Of a DNA stretch of 64,000 nt, positions 49,094 to 60,180 are shown in pieces; position 1 is the stretch's first letter; every line of letters begins with the position of its first letter. The notes beneath the pieces are model-generated. The model was not told the origin of the DNA, made no database searches, and saw nothing but the letters and a program-made list of their open reading frames with translations. Origin of the DNA: Longimicrobiales bacterium (GTDB lineage: Bacteria; Gemmatimonadota; Gemmatimonadetes; Longimicrobiales; Gaopeijiaceae); NCBI GenBank assembly GCA_965204735.1, contig OZ242008.1, positions 256,001 through 320,000 of the forward strand, given 5' to 3'. The position numbers and the translations under genes were made by a program.

Positions 49094-49881
49094 CCCGACG
49101 CCACGCCAGACTCGCCGGCTTGCTCGTCGCGGGCGTCGCCATGGCCGCGGGCGTTGCCATGGCCGAAGACGACGGCGTCCCAAGGCGTCCATCGTCGTTC
49201 CAAGAGTTCGGCAACGTCCCCTACGACGCCGGCTACACATTCGTCCGGATCCGTTTCTCGATGGGCGGGCGAGGGGGTGTCGGACGCGGGTTCCGCGGCC
49301 GCCAGCCGCCGTGGGCCCACGACTTTCCCGATGCCGACAACAACTTCGTCAAGATTCTCGACGAGGTGACGCTGACCAACGCCAGCGACGGAACCAACGT
49401 CATCGACGCCGACAGCCCCGAATTGCACCGCTACCCCGTCGCGTACGTGTCGGAACCCGGGCAGTGGTCGCCCACCCAGGCCGAGCTCGACAACCTTTCC
49501 GCCTACTTGCGGAAGGGCGGATTTCTCATCTTGGACGACTTCCGCGGCGAGTGGGAGTGGCAGACGGTGCAGGCGATCTTCAACTACATCTTGCCCGGCC
49601 AGCGCTTTCGTCAGCTGACGTTGGAGGAGCCGATCTTCAACACCTTCTTCAAGATCGAGACGCTGGACTTCTCGCCGCCCACGTTCCGACAGTACAAGCC
49701 ATACTTCCTGGGCATCCACGAGGACGACGATCCGTCCCAGAGGTTGCAGGTCGTCGCCAATCTCAACAACGACATCGGCGAATACTGGGAATACTCGGAC
49801 ATGGGATACTACCCAATCGACCTGTCCAACGAAGCGTACAAGGTAGGTGTCAACTACGTGATCTACGCCCTCACTCGGTAA
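49090..49881 (+). CDS. DUF4159 domain exported protein
   Basis: Signal peptide; WAHDFPDAD, YLRKGGFLILDDF, GVNYVIYALT; GTGA overlap. Confidence 0.8.
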   Translation: MTRRHARLAGLLVAGVAMAAGVAMAEDDGVPRRPSSFQEFGNVPYDAGYTFVRIRFSMGGRGGVGRGFRGRQPPWAHDFPDADNNFVKILDEVTLTNASDGTNVIDADSPELHRYPVAYVSEPGQWSPTQAELDNLSAYLRKGGFLILDDFRGEWEWQTVQAIFNYILPGQRFRQLTLEEPIFNTFFKIETLDFSPPTFRQYKPYFLGIHEDDDPSQRLQVVANLNNDIGEYWEYSDMGYYPIDLSNEAYKVGVNYVIYALTR

Positions 49882-49931
49882 ACGCTGCCAGCGCCCCTTC
49901 GCCCCTCACCTCGAGCAAAGACGAGAACGCC

Positions 49932-50990
49932 GTGCCGACAAACACGAACACCGCCGCCGCCCCGACCGACGGCAGCCCGACGGACCCCGATCCCCGAGCC
50001 GACGTGGCCCTTGCCCAGCGCATACAGGAGGGGCGGGAGAAGATCCTGACCGAGGTGCGCAAGATCATCATCGGGCAGGAAGAAGCCGTGGAGCACGTGC
50101 TTCTGACCCTCTTCGTCGGAGGCAACAGCTTGCTGGTGGGCGTTCCGGGGCTGGCAAAGACGTTGCTGATCCACTCGGTGGCGCGGGTGCTGGACCTCGA
50201 CTTCTCGCGCATACAGTTCACGCCGGACTTGATGCCGTCGGACATTACCGGGACGGACATCATCCAGCAAAAGGAGGACGGAAGCCGGGGACTGGTGTTC
50301 ACGCGCGGCCCGATCTTCGCCAACGTCGTGCTGGCCGACGAGATCAATCGCACGCCGCCGAAGACTCAAGCGGCGCTCCTCGAGGCCATGCAGGAGCACA
50401 GGGTCACGGTACAGGCCAAGACGTACGAGCTGGCGCCGCCGTTCTTCGTCTTCGCGACGCAAAACCCCATCGAGCTGGAAGGCACGTATCCGCTTCCCGA
50501 GGCTCAGCTGGACCGGTTCATGTTCCACATTCGCATGGACCACTTGGAGGAAGACGAAGAGCTGGAAGTGGTGCGCACAACCACCGACGAAGTGGAGCCG
50601 GAGCTGGAGCGGGTCGTGTCGAGGGAGGACTTGATCGCGTTTCAGGACCTTGTGCGCAGAGTGCCGGTCGCCGAGCCCGTGCTGCGCTACGCGGTGAACT
50701 TGGTGCGCGCCAGCCGGCCCGCTCCGAACGGAAGCCACAAGTTCGTCAAGGAGTGGATCCAGTACGGCGCCAGCGTGCGGGCTGCGCAATACCTGATCCT
50801 CGGCGGCAAGGCGCGCGCCCTTGCCCAGGGGCGGCTGACGGTCGGCTTCGACGACGTTCGGGCCCTTGCGCTGCCCGTCCTTCGCCACCGGATCCTCACG
50901 AACTTCCGCGCCGAGTCCGAAGGACGCACCACCGACGAGCTCGTGGAGATGCTGCTGGACGCAGTGCCCGTTCCCAGTTCGGGGATGTAG
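49932..50990 (+). CDS. moxR: MoxR family AAA+ ATPase
   Basis: GVPGLAKT, RIQFTPDLMPSD, LADEINRTPPKTQ, ATQNPIE, YPLPEAQLDRF. Confidence 0.93.
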   Translation: MPTNTNTAAAPTDGSPTDPDPRADVALAQRIQEGREKILTEVRKIIIGQEEAVEHVLLTLFVGGNSLLVGVPGLAKTLLIHSVARVLDLDFSRIQFTPDLMPSDITGTDIIQQKEDGSRGLVFTRGPIFANVVLADEINRTPPKTQAALLEAMQEHRVTVQAKTYELAPPFFVFATQNPIELEGTYPLPEAQLDRFMFHIRMDHLEEDEELEVVRTTTDEVEPELERVVSREDLIAFQDLVRRVPVAEPVLRYAVNLVRASRPAPNGSHKFVKEWIQYGASVRAAQYLILGGKARALAQGRLTVGFDDVRALALPVLRHRILTNFRAESEGRTTDELVEMLLDAVPVPSSGM

Positions 50991-50996
50991 CCGACG

Positions 50997-51947
50997 GTGG
51001 CGAACGCCTCGCGGACTTCGTTTCTCGACCCTGCGGTCCTGGCCAGGATCGACAACCTGGAACTGCTCGCCCGGACGGTGGTGGACGGCTTCCTGCAAGG
51101 CATTCACCGCTCCCCTTACCTAGGCGCGAGCATGGACTTCGCCGAGCACCGTCCCTATATGCCCGGCGACGACATCCGTCGGATCGACTGGCGGCTCTAC
51201 GCCCGCACGGACCGCTTTCACATCAAGCAGTACGAAGCCGAGACCAACGCCGACGTGGCGTTCCTGCTGGACGTGTCGGCGTCGATGGAGTATCGCTTCG
51301 ACTCGTTCGGCCATGGCGCCGCCCCCGACGGCCCGCCGGGAAGGAGCGCGCCCGTCGGCAAGCTCGACTACGCCCGCTACTTGACCGCGAGCTTGGCGTG
51401 GTTCTCCGCCGGCCAGAAAGATCGGGTGGGACTCTACGCCTTCGACGACGACGTGGTGGAGCGCGTGCGTCCGTCGGCGGCCCACCTGGACAAGGTCCTG
51501 CAAGCGATCGCCCGCGTCGGCGCAGGCGGCGAGGGAAGCTGGGACCGGCCGCTGGCGCGAGTGGCGAACACCTTCCGACGGCGTGGGATATTGGTGGTGG
51601 CGTCGGACTTCTACGTCGAGCCCGAGTCGGTGGCGACGGCGCTGGGATTCTTTCGCGCGCAGGGTCACGACGTGGCGGCGTTTCACGTGTTGGACCCGGC
51701 CGAGATCGATTTCCCGTTCTCCGAAGTCGCAAACTTCCGGGACATGGAGACGCAAAGGGTGTTGCCGGTGGCGCCGGACCAGCTCGCCGGCGAGTACCGG
51801 GAACGCGTCGCCAGCCACGTCGCCGCCATGGGCGAGCAGCTGGGACGCCATGGCGTGGACTACGTGCTGCTGAACACGGCAGAGCCGCTGGATCGGGCGC
51901 TGCACGCCTACTTGGTGTTCCGACAGAAGACGATCAGGGTTCGGTGA
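50997..51947 (+). CDS. DUF58 domain protein
   Basis: GIHRS, FAEHRPY.PGDDIRRIDW, LDVSASM, SDF. Confidence 0.9.
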   Translation: MANASRTSFLDPAVLARIDNLELLARTVVDGFLQGIHRSPYLGASMDFAEHRPYMPGDDIRRIDWRLYARTDRFHIKQYEAETNADVAFLLDVSASMEYRFDSFGHGAAPDGPPGRSAPVGKLDYARYLTASLAWFSAGQKDRVGLYAFDDDVVERVRPSAAHLDKVLQAIARVGAGGEGSWDRPLARVANTFRRRGILVVASDFYVEPESVATALGFFRAQGHDVAAFHVLDPAEIDFPFSEVANFRDMETQRVLPVAPDQLAGEYRERVASHVAAMGEQLGRHGVDYVLLNTAEPLDRALHAYLVFRQKTIRVR

Positions 51948-51975
51948 ACGCCCGGTCGAAATCGCCGGCCGCTCG

Positions 51976-54162
51976 ATGAGCTTCCTCGCCCCGCTCTTTC
52001 TGATCGCCTTGGCGAGCTTGGCGCTCCCCGTCCTGTTCCACTTGACGCGCCAGGAGCGGGGCAAGCCGCTGGCCTTTCCGTCGCTCATGTTCCTGGAGCG
52101 GATTCCCTTCCGGGAGAAGTCGCGCCTGCGCCTGCGCCACCTGGCGCTTCTGCTGGTGCGGCTGGCGGCGTTGGCGCTGATCGTCTTCGCCTTCGCCCGG
52201 CCCTTCGTGCGCGGCGGTCCGCTGGCGACGGTGGGCGGCCCGGGTCCCGAAGAGGTGGTCGTGCTCCTGGACCGTTCCTACTCCATGGGATTGGCCGACC
52301 ACTGGGACCAGGGCGTGTCCATGGCCAGATCGGTCGTGGAAGCGCTGGGACCGGCGGACCGGGTGTCGCTGGTCGCCTTCGCCGAGGCGCCCGTCCTGCT
52401 GCACCGCTCCGCCACCGACCCCCGGCGCGTCGTCGAGTCGCTGGACACCCTGGCGACGACGTCGCTGACCACCCGGATCGCTCCGGCGGTGAAGCTGGCC
52501 GCTTCGGTGCTGGAGGCTTCGGGCCTCCCCAGGCGGCGGGTGGTGGTCGTCAGCGATTTTCAGCGCGCGGGATGGCGACCCGACCGGGACGCCGTCCTCC
52601 CCGAAGGGACGAAGGTGGAAGCCCTGGTGGTCGGCGACGAGGTCGCGGGAGGCGTCAACTTGGCGCTGGCGGGACTGGAGCTGCGCCGGGAGAGCGCCGG
52701 AGGCCGGGAACGGGTTTCGGCGAAGGCGCGAGTGGTGGCGGCAGACGTCGGCGGAGGCGGCGCGCAGAACCCGAACGGCCCTGCGGAGGAGGTCTCCGTG
52801 GAGGTCGCCCTGCTCGTGGACGACACGGAAGTCGGCCGCGCGAGGGTCTCCGTGCCCGTGGGCGGGGCCGCGCCGGTCGCCTTCGCTCCCTTCACCCTGA
52901 CCAACCCCTTCACCCGGGGCGAACTCCGGCTCCCGGACGACCCGTTGCGGGCGGACAACGTGCTGCACTTCGTCGCGTCGCCCGGCGGCGACCTCGACGT
53001 GCTGATCGTGGACCCGCTGGGCAGCGGCGAGTCCAACCTGCACCTCCGCGGCGCCCTGGGAGTTGCCGACGGGACCGGTTTCGCAACCCGCGTCGCGCGG
53101 GGAGCGTCCGCCGCCGCTCTGGCGGAGAGCGACGTGGCGATCCTGAACGGGGCTCCCTTCCCCGGCGGCGACGCCGGAACTCGACTGCGCGAGTTCGTCG
53201 AGGGGGGCGGCGGGCTCCTGGTCGTTCTCGGGGAGCGAAGTCGGGTGCCTTCGGCCCACGCGCCCTTCCTTCCCGCCGTCGTCGGACGCCCGTTCGACAC
53301 GGCCGGCGGACAGCTGCACCTGGGCTTCGTGGACTACGACCACGCCGTCTTCGAGGCGTTCCGAGGAGTGCGTTCCGGCGACTTCTCCCGGGCCGCGTTC
53401 TTCCGCGCCCGCGCTCTCGACGTCGCCGACGGCCGCGTTCTCGCCCGATTCGACGACGGCTCCCCGGCCCTGGTGGAAGCACGTCGGGGCGCGGGAAGGG
53501 TCATGGTGTGGGCCACGGGGCTGGACCGCTTCTGGAGCGACCTGCCGCTGCACCCCGTCTACCTGCCTTTCGTCCACCGCGTCGTCCGTCACCTGGGCGC
53601 CCGCGGCGAGCTTCCTCCCTGGCACCAGGCCGGTTCCACGGTAAACTTGTCCGAGCTTGCGGAGGCGTCGGGCTCCCAGGCGCTCCCCGCAGGGGCGGCG
53701 GCGATGGAACCGGGCGGCGGCTCCGTCCCCTTGGACCCGGCGACGCCCCTGCTCGCGCTGGACGTTCAGGGCATCTGGGAGGTTCGGCCCCCCGGCGAGC
53801 GCCCGGAACACCCCATGGCGTTGGCGGTCAACGTGAACGTGGCCGAGTCCGACCTTTCCCGCGTGGACTTGGAGGAGTTCGTTGGAGCGATCGGCGGAGG
53901 GTTGGGAGCCGGCGTCGAGCCCGGCGCGGGAGCTGCCGTCGGCGAAGCAGCCGAAGGAGCGGGCCACGCGAGCGGCCCGTCCGGCGCCGGATCGACCGGA
54001 GGCCCCTCCTCCGAGATCGAAGAGGAGGAGTTCGAGAAGCGCCAGTCGTTCTGGCGGTATCTCGTGGCGGCCGCATTCTTGCTGATGGTCTCGGAAACGA
54101 TCCTGGCCAACCGGCTGTCCCGCTTTCGCGAGGCGCGGCCGGAACGGAAGGCGCACTCGTGA
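51976..54162 (+). CDS. BatA N-terminal + vWA domain membrane protein
   Basis: MSFLAP...LPVLFHL...FPSLMFL...AFARP; MIDAS DRSYS; VSDFQ; C-terminal TM. Confidence 0.85.
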   Translation: MSFLAPLFLIALASLALPVLFHLTRQERGKPLAFPSLMFLERIPFREKSRLRLRHLALLLVRLAALALIVFAFARPFVRGGPLATVGGPGPEEVVVLLDRSYSMGLADHWDQGVSMARSVVEALGPADRVSLVAFAEAPVLLHRSATDPRRVVESLDTLATTSLTTRIAPAVKLAASVLEASGLPRRRVVVVSDFQRAGWRPDRDAVLPEGTKVEALVVGDEVAGGVNLALAGLELRRESAGGRERVSAKARVVAADVGGGGAQNPNGPAEEVSVEVALLVDDTEVGRARVSVPVGGAAPVAFAPFTLTNPFTRGELRLPDDPLRADNVLHFVASPGGDLDVLIVDPLGSGESNLHLRGALGVADGTGFATRVARGASAAALAESDVAILNGAPFPGGDAGTRLREFVEGGGGLLVVLGERSRVPSAHAPFLPAVVGRPFDTAGGQLHLGFVDYDHAVFEAFRGVRSGDFSRAAFFRARALDVADGRVLARFDDGSPALVEARRGAGRVMVWATGLDRFWSDLPLHPVYLPFVHRVVRHLGARGELPPWHQAGSTVNLSELAEASGSQALPAGAAAMEPGGGSVPLDPATPLLALDVQGIWEVRPPGERPEHPMALAVNVNVAESDLSRVDLEEFVGAIGGGLGAGVEPGAGAAVGEAAEGAGHASGPSGAGSTGGPSSEIEEEEFEKRQSFWRYLVAAAFLLMVSETILANRLSRFREARPERKAHS

Positions 54163-54223
54163 CGAGTCGTCGTCCGCCGGAGGTCGAACCAATTCTCCCA
54201 ACCGCGTCGTAGGTTTCACGACC

Positions 54224-57200
54224 ATGAAGGAACTTCGCTCTACCGCCACCGGTCGCCAGCTGCGGGCCTCTGCCGAGATCCGTCGCGTGGTCGGACGGGT
54301 GCGCCGCCGGTGGCGCGTCAAGCTTCTGCTGCGGGGCCTGGCTCTGACCTTGGGGGGCGTGCTCGCCACCTTCCTCGCTTCCGCTTCCAGCTTGGAGTTC
54401 CTGCGCTTCCAGCCAGAGGCCGTCACGGCGTTCCGGGTCGTCCTGTGGCTGGTGGTGGGGGGCTTCCTGGCCCGTTGGGTCGTCTGGCCATTGCTGCGCC
54501 CGATCTCCGACGAACGGGTGGCCCTCTATCTGGAGGAGCACGAACCGTCGCTCAAGTCGCGGCTGCTGGCGGCGGTCGAGACCGTCCGGCCCGACGCACC
54601 GGCCCGCACCGAGCTGCTGGAGGCGGTCGTCGAGAGGGCCGTGCGCCGGTGCCGCCGGATCAACTACGGCAGGTCGATTGAGAGATCGGCGATCCGCCGC
54701 TCGGCGGCCGTCCTGGGCGGGCTGGCTCTGGCATCGTTCGCCGTCTTCCTTCTCGGCCCGGGCTTCGTCCGCCACGCCTCGACCGCGCTCTTCTTTCCCG
54801 CGCGCGCCGCCGAGGCGGTCAACCCGTACAGCATCTCGGTGACGCCGGGCGACACGACGATCTCCCGCAACTCGGACCTGATGGTCTCCGCCGTGCTCGG
54901 GGGCTTCGACTCCGACGACGTGGCGCTCTTCACCCGCGAGGCGGGCGAGGGCGGCTTCCTGGCGTTGCCGATGATCGCCACGGGCACGGGCGCCTTCGAC
55001 GGGCTGCTCCTCAACGTCGCCGAGGAGACCCGGTACTACGTCGAGTCCAACGGCGTGCGTTCGGCCGCCTTCACCGTGGGCGTCGCCGACCTTCCGGCCG
55101 TGGACCGCCTGCGCATGGAGTACCGCTTCCCCCCCTACACCGGCTTGGCCCCCCGAGTCTTCGAGCACGGCGGCGACGTGGCCGCGCTGGCGGGAACGAC
55201 CGTCGCGCTGACCGTCACGCCCACCGTGTCGGCTCCGGCGGCCCGCTTGGTGCTGGACTCGGGCGACACCATAGCCATGTCGGTCGTGGAGGCGTCGGCC
55301 GGGCAGGGGTCGGTCGGGCAGGCGTCGGCCCGAGAGGGGGCGCCCGGCCCCTCGCCCGAGGACTCTCCGGCCGCCGACGCCCCGGTCGCCGAGGCTTCCT
55401 TCCAGGGCTCGTTCCGAGTCGGCCGCCAGGGCTTCTACGGCATCGAGTTCCAGACCAGCGACGGCGCTTGGGTGGCCGGCGCGCCCGACTACCGAATCGA
55501 CGTGCTGACGGACCAGGGACCGTCGATCTCGTTCAGCAAGCCGGGACGCGACACCGAAGTCAGCTCCATCGAAGAGGTGTTCATCGAAGCGCGCGCCGAC
55601 GACGACATCGGCGTCGCCGAGGTCTTCTGGATCGCGTCGGTCAACGGAGGACCGCCGGACACCGTGCGAATCCATGGCTCGACGGGCGCGCCGATGCCGG
55701 AAGTGACGGCGAGCCACGTCGTCTTCATGGAGGAGCTGGAGCTGGAGACGGGCGACCTGGTCGCGTACCACGGCGTCGCCCGGGACAACGCGCCGGTACC
55801 CAACGAAGCATTGACGGACATCTACTTCCTGCAGGTGCGGCCCTTCCGTCGGGAGTTCAGGCAGGCTCCGGCGGGCGCGGGCGGCGGCGCTGGGGGCGGT
55901 GGCATGGCGGAGGACCTCTCCGGGCTTCAACGCCAGATCATCGCCGCCAGCTTCAACGTCGTGCGGGACCGGGAGAGCTACGCGCCGGAAACGTGGGAAG
56001 AGAACGTGGTCAGCATCGCCCTCAGCCAGCAGAGGCTGCGGGAACAGGTCGAGACGCTGGCCCAGCGGATCGTCAACCGGGGAATCGCAGGGGCCGACCA
56101 GTCGTTCCAGCGGATCGCAGAGACGTTGCCGCGGGCGGTGGAAGCGATGCGCGAGGCCGAAGATTCTCTGCGCGCCCTCGCCCCCGACGGCGCGATTGGG
56201 CCGGAGCAGCGGGCCTTGCGGGAGCTGCAGAAGGCCGAGGAGACCTACGAGCGCTTCGTTTCGATGGATCGGCAGGGGGGTGGCGGCGGCGGAAGCGGCG
56301 GCGCTCCCAGCGCCGAGGACTTGGCGGACCTCTTCGAGCTGGAGACGGACCAGTTGCGCAACCAGTACGAGACCGTCCAACGAAGTCGGCAGGAAAGCGC
56401 CGACCAAGCTGTGGACGAGTCGCTGGAGAGGCTCCGGGAGCTGGCGCGTCGTCAGGAACAGGAGTTGGAGCGGCAACGGCGGAGGGCGGCTGCCCAGCAG
56501 GGTGCCACGACCGGTGGCGGCGGGGGCGAAGCGGCCCGGGAGCTGGCCGAGGAAGCCGAAGAGTCGGCCCGACGGTTGGAACGCCTCTCGCGGGAGACAG
56601 GCGACCGGAGCTTGGAGGAGGTGTCGCGACAGCTTCAGCAAGCTGCGGACGACATGCGCCGAGCCGCCGCCAACCGGGGAAGCGAAGGGGTCGCCGAGGC
56701 CCAGTCGGCCCTGCGCCGGTTGCGGGACGCCCGGGAGCGGCTGGAGGACGCCCGGGACGACCGCCTCGAGCGGGACGTGGACGACGCCCGCGGGCAGGCC
56801 GCCGAGCTGGCGCGCCAGCAGGGCGACGTGGACAACCGGATGGAGGCGATGCGCCGGGTCGGCCGCCCGTCGGCGGATCAGGTCGGCCGCATCAACGACA
56901 TCAAGGAATCCATGGCGGAGCGGGCGGGAGAGGTGCTGGAGAAGCTCGACCGCGCGGCTGCTCAAGCCCGTCGCGACGGCAGGGCGGGCGCCGGCGAGCT
57001 CGAGGAGGCCGCCGAGACGATCCGGGACACGCAGCTGAGGGAGCGGCTGCTCTACTCCCGGGGTCTAGTGGGCCGCCCCGGCCAGGAAGAGTACGCGAGG
57101 GCGTTCGAGAACCAGACTTCCCAGGCGATCCAGTCGCTGCGAAACCGACTGGACGAAGCGGCCGAGGCCGTAGGCGCCCAAGCAGGCGAGGACCCCCGGG

Positions 57201-57700
57201 AAGAGGTCCTCGAGTCGGCGCGCGACTTGATGCGCAGCCTCGAGTCGGGCCAGGCCGGCGCCGATCGCGGAGGGGGTGGTCCCCCCGTGGACGGAGGCGC
57301 CCGTGGAGGCGGCGCCCGAGGACCCGTCGGTCCTTTCGACGACGCCGAGGTGCGCCGGATGCGCCGGGAGATGCGCGAGCGCGCCGGCGAGGCTCGGGCG
57401 TTGGCCGAGCTGATGGAGCGGGCCGGCGCAGATCCCTCCGACCTGGAAGCGATGATCGCCGCCATGCGCGCCCTCGACCGCGACCGAACCTACGCCGACC
57501 CGGAAGAGGTGATGCGCTTGCGGAACGAGCTGGTGGACGGGATGAAGCAGCTCGAGTTTCGCTTGCGCCGCGAGTTCGCAGCCGACGACGAGGAGCAGCT
57601 GCTCATGCACCGCTCCGGCGACGTGCCCGAAGAGTACCGCGCGCTGGTGGAGGAGTACTACCGGGCGCTTTCCAGGGGCGTGCCGCGGGAACGCCGGTAG
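54224..57700 (+). CDS. DUF4175-like membrane-anchored coiled-coil protein
   Basis: N-terminal TMs, PPYTG, ADDDIGV, long E/R/Q/A coiled coils, terminal VPEEYRALVEEYYRAL. Confidence 0.78.
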   Translation: MKELRSTATGRQLRASAEIRRVVGRVRRRWRVKLLLRGLALTLGGVLATFLASASSLEFLRFQPEAVTAFRVVLWLVVGGFLARWVVWPLLRPISDERVALYLEEHEPSLKSRLLAAVETVRPDAPARTELLEAVVERAVRRCRRINYGRSIERSAIRRSAAVLGGLALASFAVFLLGPGFVRHASTALFFPARAAEAVNPYSISVTPGDTTISRNSDLMVSAVLGGFDSDDVALFTREAGEGGFLALPMIATGTGAFDGLLLNVAEETRYYVESNGVRSAAFTVGVADLPAVDRLRMEYRFPPYTGLAPRVFEHGGDVAALAGTTVALTVTPTVSAPAARLVLDSGDTIAMSVVEASAGQGSVGQASAREGAPGPSPEDSPAADAPVAEASFQGSFRVGRQGFYGIEFQTSDGAWVAGAPDYRIDVLTDQGPSISFSKPGRDTEVSSIEEVFIEARADDDIGVAEVFWIASVNGGPPDTVRIHGSTGAPMPEVTASHVVFMEELELETGDLVAYHGVARDNAPVPNEALTDIYFLQVRPFRREFRQAPAGAGGGAGGGGMAEDLSGLQRQIIAASFNVVRDRESYAPETWEENVVSIALSQQRLREQVETLAQRIVNRGIAGADQSFQRIAETLPRAVEAMREAEDSLRALAPDGAIGPEQRALRELQKAEETYERFVSMDRQGGGGGGSGGAPSAEDLADLFELETDQLRNQYETVQRSRQESADQAVDESLERLRELARRQEQELERQRRRAAAQQGATTGGGGGEAARELAEEAEESARRLERLSRETGDRSLEEVSRQLQQAADDMRRAAANRGSEGVAEAQSALRRLRDARERLEDARDDRLERDVDDARGQAAELARQQGDVDNRMEAMRRVGRPSADQVGRINDIKESMAERAGEVLEKLDRAAAQARRDGRAGAGELEEAAETIRDTQLRERLLYSRGLVGRPGQEEYARAFENQTSQAIQSLRNRLDEAAEAVGAQAGEDPREEVLESARDLMRSLESGQAGADRGGGGPPVDGGARGGGARGPVGPFDDAEVRRMRREMRERAGEARALAELMERAGADPSDLEAMIAAMRALDRDRTYADPEEVMRLRNELVDGMKQLEFRLRREFAADDEEQLLMHRSGDVPEEYRALVEEYYRALSRGVPRERR

Positions 57701-57772
57701 CGAGGAGAACGGCGCTGGCGAAGGAGAAGCAGTCGCCTGGCGCAGCAGAAAAGGCGAACCGCCGCGACGCCG

Positions 57773-58270
57773 CTATCGGCTTGCTTCCAGCTGCTGGGGC
57801 AGCGTCGAGAGATCGACGATCCGGTAGCGTCGCTTGCCCGCCGGGAGCGTCACTTCGACTTCTTCGCCCTTTCGTGCGCCCAGCAGGCCCTGGCCGATGG
57901 GCGACGCCAGCGAGATGTGGCCCGCGTCCAGGTCGATGTAGTCGCCCGCCACGATCGTGTAGCTGAAGGCCTTGTCCAGCGCCAAGTCGCGAACCTTTAC
58001 CGTGGAGCCAAAGCCGACCCGGTCCGCCGGCATGTCGTCCACGTTGATCTTGGCCAGCTCCGAGAGCCGCTGGACCAAGTGCCCGATCCGGAGTTGGACG
58101 AACTGCTGCCGCTCGAGGGCCGACTTGTACTCGGCGTTCTCCCGAAGGTCGCCAAGCTCGACGGCCTTCTCGATTCGGTGGGGCAGCTCGACGTTGAGTT
58201 CGGTCGTCAGCGCCTCGACCTCGGCGCCGATCTTCTCCTTGATCTCTTCCAGCATGGTGGGACGGGCCAT
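57773..58270 (-). CDS. greA: Transcription elongation factor GreA/GreB family
   Basis: GDLRENAEY, VGFGSTV, ISLASPIGQGLLG; start 58270 or 58255. Confidence 0.9.
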   Translation of the reverse strand: MARPTMLEEIKEKIGAEVEALTTELNVELPHRIEKAVELGDLRENAEYKSALERQQFVQLRIGHLVQRLSELAKINVDDMPADRVGFGSTVKVRDLALDKAFSYTIVAGDYIDLDAGHISLASPIGQGLLGARKGEEVEVTLPAGKRRYRIVDLSTLPQQLEASR

Positions 58271-58361
58271 GGGCGAAAGGGGCTGGAGGATGGTCCGAGC
58301 CGAAGGGCGGTCCGGCCGACGCAACTCGCCGGCGACGGGCGTCTCGGACCGGCGGCGAAAG

Positions 58362-59630
58362 CTACCGCAGGCAGTCGCTCCCTGGTAGCGCGTCCGGGTC
58401 GGGGCAGCCCCTCCGCGCGCTGGCGGAGGCGGGCGGCCGTCTTCGCGCGTCGCTCCCTGGCAGCGTGCCCGGGTCGGGGCAGCCCGGTTTCTGGATCGTC
58501 GACCATATCTGCCGAGCGCTCCGCATCACCGATTGGAGGCTCGGCCCGGCTACGTTCACGTGACCGAGCTTGCGGCCGGGTCGCGGCGTCTTGCCGTAGA
58601 GATGGATGCGGGCGCCGGGGACGGCTGCCAGCGCCCGGAGGTCCGGCAGCTCCCCGACGATGTTGATCATTGCAGCAGCGCCGTGGGGCCGCCGAGGCGC
58701 CTTCGCGGGCGATGCCGGAGGGGGCGTGAAGGCCGGGTCCGCCAGAGGAAGCCCCGCGACGGCCCGCACATGGTTCTCGAACTGGCTTGCGCCCCCGCCC
58801 AGCGCGCTGGGGCCGTCCATCGTCCAGTGCCCCGAGTTGTGGACCCGAGGCGCCATCTCGTTGGCGAGGAGCGCGCCTCCAACCTCGAAGAGCTCCACGG
58901 CCAGCACGCCCACGTAGCCCAGGCGGTCGACGATCCGCCCCGCCAGCGCCTCGGCCTCGGCTTGGAGCTTCGGCGAGAGCCCCGGCGCCGGCGCGTAGCT
59001 GGCGCGAAGGATCCCGTCTCGGTGGTGGTTCTCGGTCAGGGGATAGAACACTCGACCGCCGTCCCGGCCGGCCGCGCAGATGATGCTCAGCTCCCGCTCG
59101 AAGGCGACGAACCCCTCGACCACCAGCTCCGGCCCCATGCGCCCGACGACGGCCCTGGCCTGCTGCGCCGACTCGACCATGGCTTGGCCCTTGCCGTCGT
59201 AGCCGAAGCGTCGCGTCTTCACCACGGCCGGAAGGTCGGTGGTCGCCAGCGCGGCTTCCACGTCTTCGGGGCCGTTCACCGGGAAAAACGGTGCCGTGGC
59301 GATGCCCTCCTCGCGAAACATTTGTTTCTCGGCCAGGCGGTCCTGCGACGCCTCCAGAGCCGAAGGGGGCGGAAGGACGAGAAGGCGCGACCGGAGGTAG
59401 TCGGCGCTGGCCGCAGGCACGTTCTCGAACTCGTAGGTGACCACGTCGACGGAGTCCGCCAGCCGCGCCAGGGCTTCCGGGTCGTCGTACGGGGCGCGCA
59501 GCACCGTCGCCGCGACTCCCGCGGGCGGGTCGGGCGTCGGCTCCAGGACGGTGAAGCGGCAGCCAAGGGGAATGCCGTCCAGCGCCAGCATCCGAGCGAG
59601 CTGTCCCCCGCCCAGGACGCCCACCCTCAC
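58362..59630 (-). CDS. purK: N5-carboxyaminoimidazole ribonucleotide synthase
   Basis: [57 protein letters not shown]; repeat-derived C-terminal extension. Confidence 0.95.
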   Translation of the reverse strand: MRVGVLGGGQLARMLALDGIPLGCRFTVLEPTPDPPAGVAATVLRAPYDDPEALARLADSVDVVTYEFENVPAASADYLRSRLLVLPPPSALEASQDRLAEKQMFREEGIATAPFFPVNGPEDVEAALATTDLPAVVKTRRFGYDGKGQAMVESAQQARAVVGRMGPELVVEGFVAFERELSIICAAGRDGGRVFYPLTENHHRDGILRASYAPAPGLSPKLQAEAEALAGRIVDRLGYVGVLAVELFEVGGALLANEMAPRVHNSGHWTMDGPSALGGGASQFENHVRAVAGLPLADPAFTPPPASPAKAPRRPHGAAAMINIVGELPDLRALAAVPGARIHLYGKTPRPGRKLGHVNVAGPSLQSVMRSARQIWSTIQKPGCPDPGTLPGSDARRRPPASASARRGCPDPDALPGSDCLR

Positions 59631-60160
59631 GGGGGCGGTTCTCGCGGGTCCCGGTCGGCCAGCACGGCCGCGGTTCGGGCTTGGGCGTAGGCGCGCACGG
59701 CCTCCAGGACCGCAGGGTCGCCACGTCCCACGATTCGGGCCGCCAGGAGCGCCGCGTTCGCCGCCCCCGCCTTGCCGACGGCCAAGGTCCCCACGGGGAC
59801 GCCCGACGGCATTTGGACGATCGAGAGGAGCGAGTCGATGCCCGACAGCGCCCTGGACCGGATCGGCACGCCCAGTACGGGCAGCACGGTCTTGGCGGCG
59901 GTCATGCCCGGCAGATGGGCCGCTCCGCCCGCGCCCGCGACGATCACCTGAAGGCCCCGTTCCTCGGCCGTCGCCGCGTACTCGAAGAGAAGGTCCGGAG
60001 TCCGGTGCGCCGACACCACCTGCACTTCGTGCGGGACGTGGAGGGCGACGAGCACGTCCACGGCGTGCCGCATCGTCTCCCAGTCGCTTCGGGAACCCAT
60101 GATGACGCCGACGAGAGGTCGGTTCGTCCCGCTTCGACTCCGTACGCCGCTGTGCTTCAT
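59627..60160 (-). CDS. purE: N5-carboxyaminoimidazole ribonucleotide mutase
   Basis: [45 protein letters not shown]. Confidence 0.96.
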   Translation of the reverse strand: MKHSGVRSRSGTNRPLVGVIMGSRSDWETMRHAVDVLVALHVPHEVQVVSAHRTPDLLFEYAATAEERGLQVIVAGAGGAAHLPGMTAAKTVLPVLGVPIRSRALSGIDSLLSIVQMPSGVPVGTLAVGKAGAANAALLAARIVGRGDPAVLEAVRAYAQARTAAVLADRDPREPPP

Positions 60161-60180
60161 CGACCTCCTTCCGCACACTC

